Of a DNA stretch of 64,000 bases, positions 18,050-27,279 are shown piece by piece. Both the position numbers and the translations under genes were made by a program. The notes under the pieces are model-generated. The model saw only the letters and a list, made by a program, of their open reading frames with translations, made no database searches and had not been told where the DNA came from. Within the stretch, counting starts at the first letter, position 1; each line of letters starts with the position of its first letter. The stretch is from an uncultured Acidobacteriota bacterium (GTDB lineage Bacteria > Acidobacteriota > Thermoanaerobaculia > Multivoradales > UBA5704): the NCBI GenBank assembly GCA_963770895.1, contig CAVYRF010000002.1, positions 3,232,001 through 3,296,000 of the forward strand, read 5' to 3'.

Positions 18050-20424
18050 GACTCTCGGTTGTGCCACGCGCCGATTGTAGTCTGCATCTCGACGGGCATG
18101 GCATCCGGCCGGCCCGCCGTCGGCGCCGGGTCGGCGAACAGCTGTTCGAGCAGGCGCTCCCAGCCGTGGCGGCGGGCGTTGGCGACGGCGCGCGCGGACA
18201 TCTCGGCGATGCGGCCGGGATCGTCGAAGAGCTGGCCCATGGCGGCGCTCCAGGCGCCGGGAGCGGCGGGATCGACGACCAGGCCGGAGACGCCGGGCAG
18301 CACGATCTCACGCGGGCCGCCGCGGTCGCTGACGATCGCCGGCAGGCCGGCGGCCTGGGCCTCCAGCACGACGTTGCCGAACGTGTCGGTGGTGCTCGGG
18401 AAGACGAACACGTCGGCGCCGGCGTAGGCGCGGGCCAGGTCCTCGCCGTGCAGGAAGCCGGTGAACAGGATCTCTGGCCGGCGATGGCGCCCCGCCAGCT
18501 CCTTCAGGTACGGACCGTCGCCCACCACCACCAGCTGGGCGTGGCGGCCGCTCGCCAGCAGTTCCGCGAAGGAGTCCATCAGGGCGTCCAGGTTTTTCTC
18601 GCGCGACACCCGCCCGACGTACAGGAACTTGAAGACGCCGTTGATGCCGAAGCGGCTCCAGAAGCGCGGATCGCGCTTGCCGGGGTGGAAGAACTCGGCG
18701 TCGACGCCGCGCGGCAGCAGCGACATGCGTTTGGCTTCCAGGCCGTGGGCGGCCAGCAGGTCCAGGTAGCAGCGGCTGGAGACGAACAGGCGGTCCATGC
18801 GGCCGAAGAACCACCGCATGTAGGTCCAGGTCATCTCTTCCAGCGTGGCGCTGCCCGACAGGTGCCGCACGTAGAGCGGAAAATCGGTGTGATAGATGCC
18901 GGTCACCGGGATGCCCAGGAGCTTGCCGGCGGCGAGCCCCACCAGGCCGAGCGGCCCCGGCGTGCTGATCAGGATCTCGTCGTAGCGCTCGCGCTCGCAG
19001 TGCTCCAGAACCGCCAGCAGCGGCGGCAGCTTGAGGGTCTGCGACTCGTAGCCGGGGATGGGGAACTGCGCGAACGGCGCGAAGTCCACCACCTCCAGGT
19101 CGAGCGGCGGCGTCGCTTCGCCGCAGGTGATGGCGGCCAGGCGGCGGCCGCGCTGGCGCGCCAGCCCGGCCAGCGTGCGCACCGTCTTGGCGACGCCGTT
19201 GATGTCGGTCAGCGTGTCGGTGAACCAGGCCTTCTTGCCGCCGCGCCCGCCGCGCGCGCCCTCTTCGGGGCGCTCGCCCAGGAAGCGCAGGGCGGCCGCC
19301 TCCAGCAGGTCGGAGTCCTTGTGCTGCGCCTGGAGCGCCACCAGGTAGGGCGCCACGGTCACCGCCAGCGGCGCGATCTGCGCCGCCGCCGCCGCCAGGC
19401 TCTCCGCCAGGCGGCCGCGGCGCAGGTTCTTGCTGAAGCCGTCCATCAGGGCGGCGGCGACCTCCTGGCTGGCGCGGTTGGCGTTCTCGAAGGTGACGCG
19501 GTCGGCGGGCGTCGCGGCGCCGAAGATGCGGCGCCGTTGCCCGGCCGACGCCCGCACGCCGCCCAGGCCCAGGCTGCGCAGCAGCTCGCTGAACGGGTCG
19601 CGGCGGTTGCCCAGGCCGAGCGGGAACTGGCGGCGGTAGTACTCCTGGGCCAGGGTGTACAGGCTCTGCGTGAGGCGCAGGCTGGAGCCGTTTTCGCCGC
19701 CCGGCTGGTGGTGGCCGGCGGCCAGCGCGGCAAAGAACTGCGGCAGCGTCGCGGGGGTGTCCAGCGCCGCGGTGGTTTCGGTCCAGGTGGTGGCGATGTA
19801 GTGGCCGCCGTGGTCGTCGCTGCCGCCGGTGAAGCTCTTGATCCACGGCGTCGCGCCCTGCGGCGTGAGGCCGTGGCGCTCCGCCAGGCTCTCCACCACC
19901 TCGCGGGTGAGCGAACCGAAGATGCGGCGCACCAGGTCGTTGCCGCGGCGGTCGTGGATGCCGTTGCGGCCTTCGAAGCGGTTGAACAGCACCAGCAGCT
20001 TTTCGACCTGGTCCAGGGTGAGCATGTCGTTGACGCGGTAGAGCGGGTGGGCGACGGAATGCAGGATGGAGTTGGCCACGAAGTAGTCGCGCAGCTCGTA
20101 GATGTTGCGGCGCAGCTCCTGGATCTCGCGGTGCTGCGCTTCGGTGATGCCGATCGCCAGGCAGTGGATCTCGCAGCCGTCCTCGGGAAACTCGACGGTG
20201 ACCTCTTCGGACAGGAAAACGCCGGGCAGGTGGGCGATCTCCAGCGCCCCGGCGACGGTGTCGTGATCGCTCAGGGTGACGAAATCCATGCCGCGCTCGC
20301 GGCACAGACGGTAGACTTCGCGCGGCTCGGTGAAGCTCTCGGGCGCCCCGAACTGGCGCAAGATCCACTCCGTCGGGCGGTTCGATGCCTTGCTGTGGAC
20401 ATGCAGGTCGGCCCTGGCCGTCAT
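18046..20424 (-). CDS. PHP-family phosphoesterase fused to a GT4 (GT-B) glycosyltransferase
   Basis: PHP ligands DLHVHS, SDHD, AHP and GGSDDH; GT4 motifs YHTDFP, YVGRVSREKN and VFPSTTDTFGNVVLEAQAAGLP. Confidence 0.9.
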   Translation of the reverse strand: MTARADLHVHSKASNRPTEWILRQFGAPESFTEPREVYRLCRERGMDFVTLSDHDTVAGALEIAHLPGVFLSEEVTVEFPEDGCEIHCLAIGITEAQHREIQELRRNIYELRDYFVANSILHSVAHPLYRVNDMLTLDQVEKLLVLFNRFEGRNGIHDRRGNDLVRRIFGSLTREVVESLAERHGLTPQGATPWIKSFTGGSDDHGGHYIATTWTETTAALDTPATLPQFFAALAAGHHQPGGENGSSLRLTQSLYTLAQEYYRRQFPLGLGNRRDPFSELLRSLGLGGVRASAGQRRRIFGAATPADRVTFENANRASQEVAAALMDGFSKNLRRGRLAESLAAAAAQIAPLAVTVAPYLVALQAQHKDSDLLEAAALRFLGERPEEGARGGRGGKKAWFTDTLTDINGVAKTVRTLAGLARQRGRRLAAITCGEATPPLDLEVVDFAPFAQFPIPGYESQTLKLPPLLAVLEHCERERYDEILISTPGPLGLVGLAAGKLLGIPVTGIYHTDFPLYVRHLSGSATLEEMTWTYMRWFFGRMDRLFVSSRCYLDLLAAHGLEAKRMSLLPRGVDAEFFHPGKRDPRFWSRFGINGVFKFLYVGRVSREKNLDALMDSFAELLASGRHAQLVVVGDGPYLKELAGRHRRPEILFTGFLHGEDLARAYAGADVFVFPSTTDTFGNVVLEAQAAGLPAIVSDRGGPREIVLPGVSGLVVDPAAPGAWSAAMGQLFDDPGRIAEMSARAVANARRHGWERLLEQLFADPAPTAGRPDAMPVEMQTTIGAWHNRES

Positions 20425-20509
20425 CTACGATCCCCCAAGTGTCGCGCGGCCGCAGCAGACGGCGCGCGAGGTTGGAAGCTCATGGTACGGGGCGAAAACG
20501 CGCCGGAGG

Positions 20510-20557
20510 GTGACGGGCCGGTAGCGCCGGGTTACGGCTGCGTTGCGCCACGGTGAC
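20510..20557 (-). promoter_or_regulatory. Pho-box-like array upstream of the PHP-GT4/ppx operon
   Basis: The minus strand reads GTCAC-6-GCAAC-6-GTAAC-16-GTCAC, with a TACCAT -10-like hexamer at 20482-20487. Shares the 12-mer GTCACCGTGGCG with the array at 11197-11208. Confidence 0.6.
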
Positions 20558-20728
20558 GATCGCGGCGGCCGCCGCGGCGGCCTGCTTGAAAAGCTGGATG
20601 TCTCGCGTTTGCCATACTTTGTCACAGCCGCGCGGTGGCGCGCGGGCGCTGCATGTGGCAGAATGAAAAATACGTCTTGCGTGTGCGCCGCCCGCGACGC
20701 GGGCGTATCCAGGGGAGGTCCGATCCAG

Positions 20729-22894
20729 GTGTCCGAGCCGAAAGAGACGCAAAAACCCGCCGCCACGCTTGCCGCGGACCCGTCTGCGCTGTTCATCAAT
20801 CGCGAGCTGTCGTGGATGGAGTTCAATCGACGGGTGCTGCACGAAGCGGCCGACCCGGCCAATCCGCTGATCGAACGGCTCAAGTTCATCGCCATCTTCG
20901 ACAGCAACCTGGACGAATTCTTCATGAAGCGCGTCGGCGGCCTCAAGCAGCAGCTGGCCAGCAACGTGCGCGAGCTGCCGCCCGACAGCCGCACGCCGCG
21001 CCAGCAGCTGGCGGAGGTCAACGCCGCGGTGCGGCCGCTGCTGGCCGAACAGCGCCGCCTGCTCAACGAAGAGCTGCTGCCGGCGCTGCGCCAGCACGGG
21101 CTTGAGATCCTGCGCTGGGACGAGCTGCGGCCGATCGAGCAGCGCCATCTGAGCGAAGAGTTCGACCGCAAGATCTTCCCGGTGCTGACGCCGCTGGCGG
21201 TCGATCCGGCGCACCCCTTCCCGTTCATTTCCAACCTCAGCCTGTCGCTCGCCGTGGCGGTGCGCTCGCCCGGCGACTCCCGCGGCACCCACCCCGGCGG
21301 CCTGCGCTTTGCCCGCATCAAGGCGCCGCACATCCTGCCGCGCTGGGTGCAGGTGCCCAAGATGCTGCGCTTCGTGCCGCTCGAAGACGTCATCGCCAAC
21401 AACCTGCAGCGCCTGTTCGAAGGCATGGAAATCGTCGAATCGCACCCCTTCCGGGTGACCCGCAACTCCGACGTGCAGCGCAACGAAGAGACCGCCGACG
21501 ACCTGCTGGAAGCCATCCAGGAAGAGCTGCGCGAGCGCCGCTTCGCCACCGTCGTGCGCCTGGAGCTGGCCAAGGGCTGCCCCGAATGGATGCGCGAGCT
21601 GCTGTGCGACCAGCTTGAAACGGTGCCGCAGGAGGTCTTCGAGCTGGAAGGTCCGCTCGGTCTGCGCGACCTGATGCAGCTGTCGTCGACGCCGCTGCCG
21701 TCGCTGCGCTTCCGCCCCTGGACGCCGGTGCCGCATCCGCGCCTGGCCGCCATCGAAGCCGGCGGCGGCCCCGACGAGTTCTTTTCCGTCATCGCCGCCG
21801 GCGACCTGCTGGTGCACCACCCCTACGATTCGTTCGCCAGCAGCGTGCAGCGCTTTATCGAGGCGGCGGCGGACGATCCTGAAGTGTTCGCCATCAAGCA
21901 GACCCTGTACCGCACCTCGCACGACTCGCCCAACATGCGGGCGCTGATCCGCGCCGCCGAAGCGCGCAAGCAGGTGGCGGTGACGGTGGAGATCAAGGCG
22001 CGCTTCGACGAAGCCGCCAACATCGAATGGGCGGAGGCGCTGGAAGGCGTCGGCGCGCACGTCGCCTACGGCGTCGTGGGCTTGAAGACGCACGCCAAGA
22101 TCGCCCTGGTGGTGCGGCGCGAACGCGATCAGCTGGTGCCCTACACCCACCTGGCGACCGGCAACTACAACCCCGAAACCGCCAAGCTGTACACCGACCT
22201 GGGCCTGTTCACCTGCAACGCGGAGATCGCCGCCGACGTGGCGCAGCTGTTCAACATGCTGACCGGCTACGTCCATCGCCCGCAGTTCAAAAAGCTGCTG
22301 GTGGCGCCGATCAACATGCGCCAGCGGTTTGTCGAGCTGATCCGGCGGGAGGTGGCGCACAGCCAGGCCGGGCGCGGCGGCCAAATCATCGCCAAGATGA
22401 ACTCGCTGGAGGATCGCGAGATCGTCGAAGAGCTGTACGCCGCGTCGGCGGCGGGGGTGGAGATGGACCTGATGGTGCGCGGCATCTGCCGCCTGCGTCC
22501 GGGGCTGCCCGAGCAGAGCGAAACCATCCGCGTCATCAGCATCGTCGGGCGCTTCCTGGAACACGCCCGCATCTTCTACTTCGCCAACGCCGGCCAGCCC
22601 GAATACTTCATCGGTTCGGCCGACTGGATGTCGCGCAACCTGGACTACCGCGTCGAAGCCATCGCGCCGGTCGAAGACCCGCGCCTCCAGGAAGAGCTCA
22701 AGGCGATCCTGGATCTACAGCTGTCCGACAACGTGATGGCCTGGGACCTGCGGGCGGACGGCAGCTACCACCAGCGCCGGCCGGCCGCCGGCGAAGCGGC
22801 CCGGTCCAGCCAGGAGATCCTGATGCAGCGCGCCCTGGACCGCAGCGGCCGGCAGGCCGGCACGCCGCTCAGGGTGCCTGCAGGTTCTGCCTGA
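20729..22894 (+). CDS. ppk1: Polyphosphate kinase 1
   Basis: FINRELSWMEFNRRVL, SNLDEFFMKRV, HHPYDSF, KTHAK and SIVGRFLEH; GTG start with a GGGGAGG RBS. Confidence 0.98.
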   Translation: MSEPKETQKPAATLAADPSALFINRELSWMEFNRRVLHEAADPANPLIERLKFIAIFDSNLDEFFMKRVGGLKQQLASNVRELPPDSRTPRQQLAEVNAAVRPLLAEQRRLLNEELLPALRQHGLEILRWDELRPIEQRHLSEEFDRKIFPVLTPLAVDPAHPFPFISNLSLSLAVAVRSPGDSRGTHPGGLRFARIKAPHILPRWVQVPKMLRFVPLEDVIANNLQRLFEGMEIVESHPFRVTRNSDVQRNEETADDLLEAIQEELRERRFATVVRLELAKGCPEWMRELLCDQLETVPQEVFELEGPLGLRDLMQLSSTPLPSLRFRPWTPVPHPRLAAIEAGGGPDEFFSVIAAGDLLVHHPYDSFASSVQRFIEAAADDPEVFAIKQTLYRTSHDSPNMRALIRAAEARKQVAVTVEIKARFDEAANIEWAEALEGVGAHVAYGVVGLKTHAKIALVVRRERDQLVPYTHLATGNYNPETAKLYTDLGLFTCNAEIAADVAQLFNMLTGYVHRPQFKKLLVAPINMRQRFVELIRREVAHSQAGRGGQIIAKMNSLEDREIVEELYAASAAGVEMDLMVRGICRLRPGLPEQSETIRVISIVGRFLEHARIFYFANAGQPEYFIGSADWMSRNLDYRVEAIAPVEDPRLQEELKAILDLQLSDNVMAWDLRADGSYHQRRPAAGEAARSSQEILMQRALDRSGRQAGTPLRVPAGSA

Positions 22895-23822
22895 AGAAAG
22901 CGACGGTGCGCTGCCAGGCGTCGCTGGCGGCGGCGGGGCGGTAGCCGGTGCCGGAAGGGTTGGCAAAGGCGTGGCCGGCGCCGTCGTAGATGTGGATCTG
23001 AACGTTCTTGTTCTGCTGCTTGAGCGACGCCTCCATGGCGTGCACCGCCGCCGGCGGGATGCTCTTGTCGTCCGCTCCGAACAGGCCGAGCAGCGGTGCC
23101 TGCAGGTGGGCCAGGCGGGCGGGGTCTTTTTCGGGCTGTCCGTAGTACATCACCGCGGCGTCGACATGGTTGGCCGGGTCCAGCGCGGTCTGTAGCGACC
23201 AGCCGCCGCCGAAGCACCAGCCGATGACGCCGACGCGGCGGGCGCCGCCGGCGCGCAGGAACTCCACGGCCTGGTGCAGGGCGGCGGCGGCGGGGGCCGG
23301 GTTGGCCGCGACGCTGCCGGCCAGCTGGCGGGCGGCCTCGGGGGTGGCGGCGGCCTGGCCGCCGTACAGGTCGACGGCGAGCGCGGTATAGCCCTCGCCG
23401 GCCAGGCGGCGGGTCACGTCGCGGATGTTGTCGTTCAACCCCCACCATTCGTGGATCACGACCAGCGCCGGCAGCTGCTTGGCGCCGGCGGTGGCGGTCG
23501 GTTTGGCCAGGAACCCATGGAGCGGCTTGCCGTCCTGCGTGCCATAGGCGACGTCGGCGCCGGTCACCGGCTGGGCGGGGGCGGTGGTGGCGGCCGGGCT
23601 GGCGACGGGGCGGTCGTTCTGATGCTCCGCCGCCATGCGGTCCAGGTCGGCCAGGGCGGCCAGCTGGCCGGACGGCGCGGTCGGCGCGGCGGCCTGGCCG
23701 TCAGGTCCGGTTGCGGCAAACGCCGCCGCCGGCGTCAGGGTGGTCATGCCAGCGATGACGGCGATGGCCGCGGCGGCGGCAAGCACGGCGGCGAGGACGG
23801 AAGATATACGCAGCTGGCGCAT
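22869..23822 (-). CDS. Secreted dienelactone hydrolase family protein
   Basis: Signal peptide, IHEWWGLND, GWCFGG nucleophile elbow and GAGHAFANP; AAGGAG RBS. Confidence 0.92.
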   Translation of the reverse strand: MRQLRISSVLAAVLAAAAAIAVIAGMTTLTPAAAFAATGPDGQAAAPTAPSGQLAALADLDRMAAEHQNDRPVASPAATTAPAQPVTGADVAYGTQDGKPLHGFLAKPTATAGAKQLPALVVIHEWWGLNDNIRDVTRRLAGEGYTALAVDLYGGQAAATPEAARQLAGSVAANPAPAAAALHQAVEFLRAGGARRVGVIGWCFGGGWSLQTALDPANHVDAAVMYYGQPEKDPARLAHLQAPLLGLFGADDKSIPPAAVHAMEASLKQQNKNVQIHIYDGAGHAFANPSGTGYRPAAASDAWQRTVAFFRQNLQAP

Positions 23823-23917
23823 CGTCGGGCTCTCCTTGTGCGACGTGACTACCCTGCGAACGGACCGGGCGGGCCACAGGCTTCGCGACGGTCTGTCACT
23901 GCAAGCGAGGTGCCGGT

Positions 23918-25870
23918 TCATTCCAGGCGGACGCGGGCCAGCTGCAGGGAAAAGGGGCCGAGTGGCTGCACGGCGGCGAAGACCACCAGCAGCACGTCGT
24001 GCCCGTCGTAGGAATTGAAGCGCGCCCAGGGCAGGTCGAACGCCTGCCACTGCGGACCGGCGGTGAAGGTTTGCAGCAGCGGCAGGCGGCCGCGGCTTTT
24101 GGCGAAGACCATCAGCGAGAAGGTGTGGCCGTCGCCCCTGGCCCAGAAATGAATGCCGGTGCGCGCCGACAGGTCGACCGCCGCGTGCGTCCCGGCTCCT
24201 GGCGAAAGCGCGGCCCCGGCCCACGAGAAGGCGCCGGCGGCGACGGTGCCGCGGATGGCCAGCGATTGCGTCCCCTGGGGCGCATCCGGCGGGGCTTCGG
24301 CGACGACGGCCAGGGTGGCGGTCGAGGAGCCGCCGGCGATCTGGTCGGTCGAGACGCCCCAGCCGGGACCCATGGCGGCCTGGATCGCGGTGGCGGCGGC
24401 GACACCGGCGCGGAAGGCGGCGCGGTCCGCGGCGACGCCCTGTTTCCAGACCTGCACGATGGCGCGGGCTCGCCGCGGATCGGCGATGGCGTCGCCGTCC
24501 ACCAGCAGCAGGTCGGCGCGCAGGCCGGGGGCGATGCGGCCGCGGTCCGCCAGGTGGAAGGCGGCGGCGGGCGCCGACGTCGCGGCGGCCAGCGCCTGTT
24601 GCGGCGTCAGGCCGGCGGTCTCGAGCAGCGCGATCTCGCCCAATGTACTGGCGCCGTGGGTGGTGCCCGGATTGGGCGCGTCGGTGCCGGCAAGAATCGG
24701 CACGCCGGCGGCGAGCAGCTGGCGGATCGCCGCCGCCGCGTTCGCCACCGAGACGCCCGCCACGGCGGGGTGCGCGAAGGCGCCCTGCAGGTTGGCGATG
24801 GCGTCCGGGCTCAGATAGGGCGCCAGGCGCGGGTCGTGCGCCAGACCGGCGCCGGTGTCGGCCGCCCACGGCTGGCCGGCGCCGGTGATCCCGGCCAGCA
24901 CGCTGAGCGTCGGCACCACGAAGGCGTGATGGGCGGCGACGAAGCGCCCGAACCCGGGGTCGGGCGGCGCGTCCACGAATAGGTGCGCCAGGCCGTCGGC
25001 GCCGGCGGCGATCGCCTGACGGGCGGCGGCCAGGGTGGTGACGTGCGCCACCGCCAGCTTGCCGCGCTGGTGCGCCGCCGCCACCAGGGCGGCGACCGTC
25101 GCCGCGTCCAGGGTGGGGAGCGGCCGGCCGGTGATCGCGCCGTCCTCGATGATGATCTTGATGTAGTCCGAACCCTCGGCCAGCCGCGCGTCGACCCAGG
25201 CCGGCGCCTGGTCGGGGCGGGTGAGGGTGGGGTTCTCGAAGCCGTATTCAGTGCCGTGGCCGCCGGGGACGGTGGCCATGGTGCCGGCCGACCGCAGGTC
25301 CGCCAGGTCCATGTCGCCGCCCGCAGCCTGCGCGGCCTTGACCTGCGCCGCCCAGCGCGCCACGGTGCCCATGTCCAGCTCGGTGGTGACGCCGAGCATC
25401 AACGCCTGCCGCAAGGCGTCTTCGCTCCAGGCGTGGGTGTGGCTGTCGATCAGGCCGGGCAGCAGGGTGCGGCCCGCCCCCGGCACCTCCGGCGTGCCCG
25501 GCGGCGCGGTCAGGCTGCGGCCCACCGCGGCAATCTTGCCGCCCGCGACCAGCACGTCGGCGACGCCGAGCGAGCGGGTGCCGTCAAACACCAGGGCGCC
25601 GCGCACCACGAACGAGGCGGCGCCGGCCGGCGGCGTGGCCTCGCCCACGGCTGCAGTGGTTGCGGCCGGCGCGGTTGCGGCAGCTGCCGGCTCGCTCTTC
25701 GGCTGCGGCGCGGCGGCCGTGGCGCCGGCAAGGGCCAGGGCGCCGCACACCAGCACGGCGGTGATTGCCAGGGATGCCGCCGCGGTGCGCCGAGCGTGGC
25801 CGGCCCGGCGGGCGCGTGGGGTGTGGCTGGTGAGATCGGTGGCTGCGGCGGCGGCAGGTGCGCGTTCCAT
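23918..25870 (-). CDS. Secreted metal-dependent amidohydrolase with a C-terminal CIA30/CBM11-like domain
   Basis: LLPGLIDSHTH, YIKII, AVAHV, AGTDAP and GRIAPGLRADLLLVDGD; C-terminal DLSARTGIHFWARGDG. Confidence 0.85.
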   Translation of the reverse strand: MERAPAAAAATDLTSHTPRARRAGHARRTAAASLAITAVLVCGALALAGATAAAPQPKSEPAAAATAPAATTAAVGEATPPAGAASFVVRGALVFDGTRSLGVADVLVAGGKIAAVGRSLTAPPGTPEVPGAGRTLLPGLIDSHTHAWSEDALRQALMLGVTTELDMGTVARWAAQVKAAQAAGGDMDLADLRSAGTMATVPGGHGTEYGFENPTLTRPDQAPAWVDARLAEGSDYIKIIIEDGAITGRPLPTLDAATVAALVAAAHQRGKLAVAHVTTLAAARQAIAAGADGLAHLFVDAPPDPGFGRFVAAHHAFVVPTLSVLAGITGAGQPWAADTGAGLAHDPRLAPYLSPDAIANLQGAFAHPAVAGVSVANAAAAIRQLLAAGVPILAGTDAPNPGTTHGASTLGEIALLETAGLTPQQALAAATSAPAAAFHLADRGRIAPGLRADLLLVDGDAIADPRRARAIVQVWKQGVAADRAAFRAGVAAATAIQAAMGPGWGVSTDQIAGGSSTATLAVVAEAPPDAPQGTQSLAIRGTVAAGAFSWAGAALSPGAGTHAAVDLSARTGIHFWARGDGHTFSLMVFAKSRGRLPLLQTFTAGPQWQAFDLPWARFNSYDGHDVLLVVFAAVQPLGPFSLQLARVRLE

Positions 25871-25962
25871 GCGCCGATTGTAGCCCGCGTGTTTGGGGGC
25901 TTCCAGCGCGGCGCCGCCGCCCGGTCGGGGCAAGCTGCCGGGCCGCGCGCCGGGGTCCGGCT

Positions 25963-27141
25963 TCAGCTTTCGGGGGTGATCACCTGCAGGCGCTCGGATG
26001 TGGCGGTGGCGCTGTTGCGGCGCCGGCGCACCAGCTGCCCGGCCATCGCCGTGCGATTGCGCCCGGTCTCCTTGGCGACGTACATCGCCGCGTCGGCCAG
26101 GCGCAGCAGGGTGCTCTTGCTGTCGGTCAGCGAGAGGTCGTCGCTCAGGTGGCGCTTGAGGGTGGCGATGCCGATCGAGCAGGTGACGCCCTTGAGGTGC
26201 AGCGGCTCGGGCTGGATCTCTCCCGGCTTGGCCGAAAAGGTGGTCTCCACCAGGGTGGAGCGGATCTCTTCGGCAAGGTCGATCGCCTGCTCCAGGTCGC
26301 AGCGCGGCAAAAGCAGCACAAATTCATCGCCGCCGTAGCGCGCCGGGAACCCGCCGGTATTGACGACCATGCGACGCAGGATGTGGCCGACTTCGCGCAG
26401 CACCTGGCTGCCGGCCAGGTGGCCGTGGGTGTCGTTGACCCGCTTGAAGTAGTCGAGGTCGAGAAAGAGCAGGGCCAGGTCGCGGTCGTCCTGGCGGCAG
26501 GAGCGGATCGCCTCGGACAGCGCGACGTGCAGGTAGCGGTCGTTGTACAGGCCGGTCAGGTTGTCGCGCTTGGCAATCTCTTGCGCCTGGCGGGCGTCGA
26601 GCACGTTCTGGATCGAGATCGAGATATAGCCGGCGAAGATCTCCAGCAGGTTGCGATCCTCGCGGGTGTACGCCGGCGCGTTGTTGCGGTTGATCAGCTC
26701 CAGCACGCCGCAGACGTCGTGCTCGATGCGGATCGGGATGGCGATCAGCGATTGGGTCTGGTACGACGTCCGGTGGTCGACCTGGCCGTAGAAAAAGCGG
26801 TCGGCGGGGGCGTCGGGGGTGAGGTAGGTTTCGCCGGTCAGGTAGACGCGGCCGGCGATCCCCTGGTCGGCGGGGATGCTTTCGCCCAGCAGGGGCACCG
26901 CCTTGTCGCCGAAGGCGGCAATGAAGGTCAGGACGTTGCGGTGCCGGTCGGCGCGCTTTTCGGCGGGATTGTCGAGCAGGATGGAGCCGGCGGCCGAGGG
27001 GACGAAACTGTTGGCCCGGCGCAGTACTTCCGTCAGGTTCTCCGCCAGGCTCAGCTCGAGCGGGAACGTAGGATGGGCGCGGCGCCGCTCCAGGAACGGC
27101 TCCAGGCGCATCGGGTCGAGACAGTGGAAGCTAACCGTCAA
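25963..27141 (-). CDS. GAF-GGDEF diguanylate cyclase
   Basis: GAF (QGIAGRVYLTGE...SLIAIPI), DNLTGLYN, DLDYFKRVNDTHGHLAG and RYGGDEF. Start is at 27141 or 27111. Confidence 0.93.
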   Translation of the reverse strand: MTVSFHCLDPMRLEPFLERRRAHPTFPLELSLAENLTEVLRRANSFVPSAAGSILLDNPAEKRADRHRNVLTFIAAFGDKAVPLLGESIPADQGIAGRVYLTGETYLTPDAPADRFFYGQVDHRTSYQTQSLIAIPIRIEHDVCGVLELINRNNAPAYTREDRNLLEIFAGYISISIQNVLDARQAQEIAKRDNLTGLYNDRYLHVALSEAIRSCRQDDRDLALLFLDLDYFKRVNDTHGHLAGSQVLREVGHILRRMVVNTGGFPARYGGDEFVLLLPRCDLEQAIDLAEEIRSTLVETTFSAKPGEIQPEPLHLKGVTCSIGIATLKRHLSDDLSLTDSKSTLLRLADAAMYVAKETGRNRTAMAGQLVRRRRNSATATSERLQVITPES

Positions 27142-27279
27142 AAGCCCCTCGAAGGACTGGCCATACTCACCATAACAGAAGTTCCGGCGTGCGGGAACGC
27201 CGCCCTGGTCCGTTCTGCGGTAGCGGCTTGTCCTACAAAGAGAAGGTGTGGGCCACCGGCGAAAGGGTGGCGGGGCACT

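Noticed and set aside
27250-27275. GAAA-loop hairpin upstream of the diguanylate cyclase as a c-di-GMP riboswitch
   Set aside because: The GAAA reads on the antisense strand and other GEMM elements are missing. More likely a terminator-like hairpin after batD.
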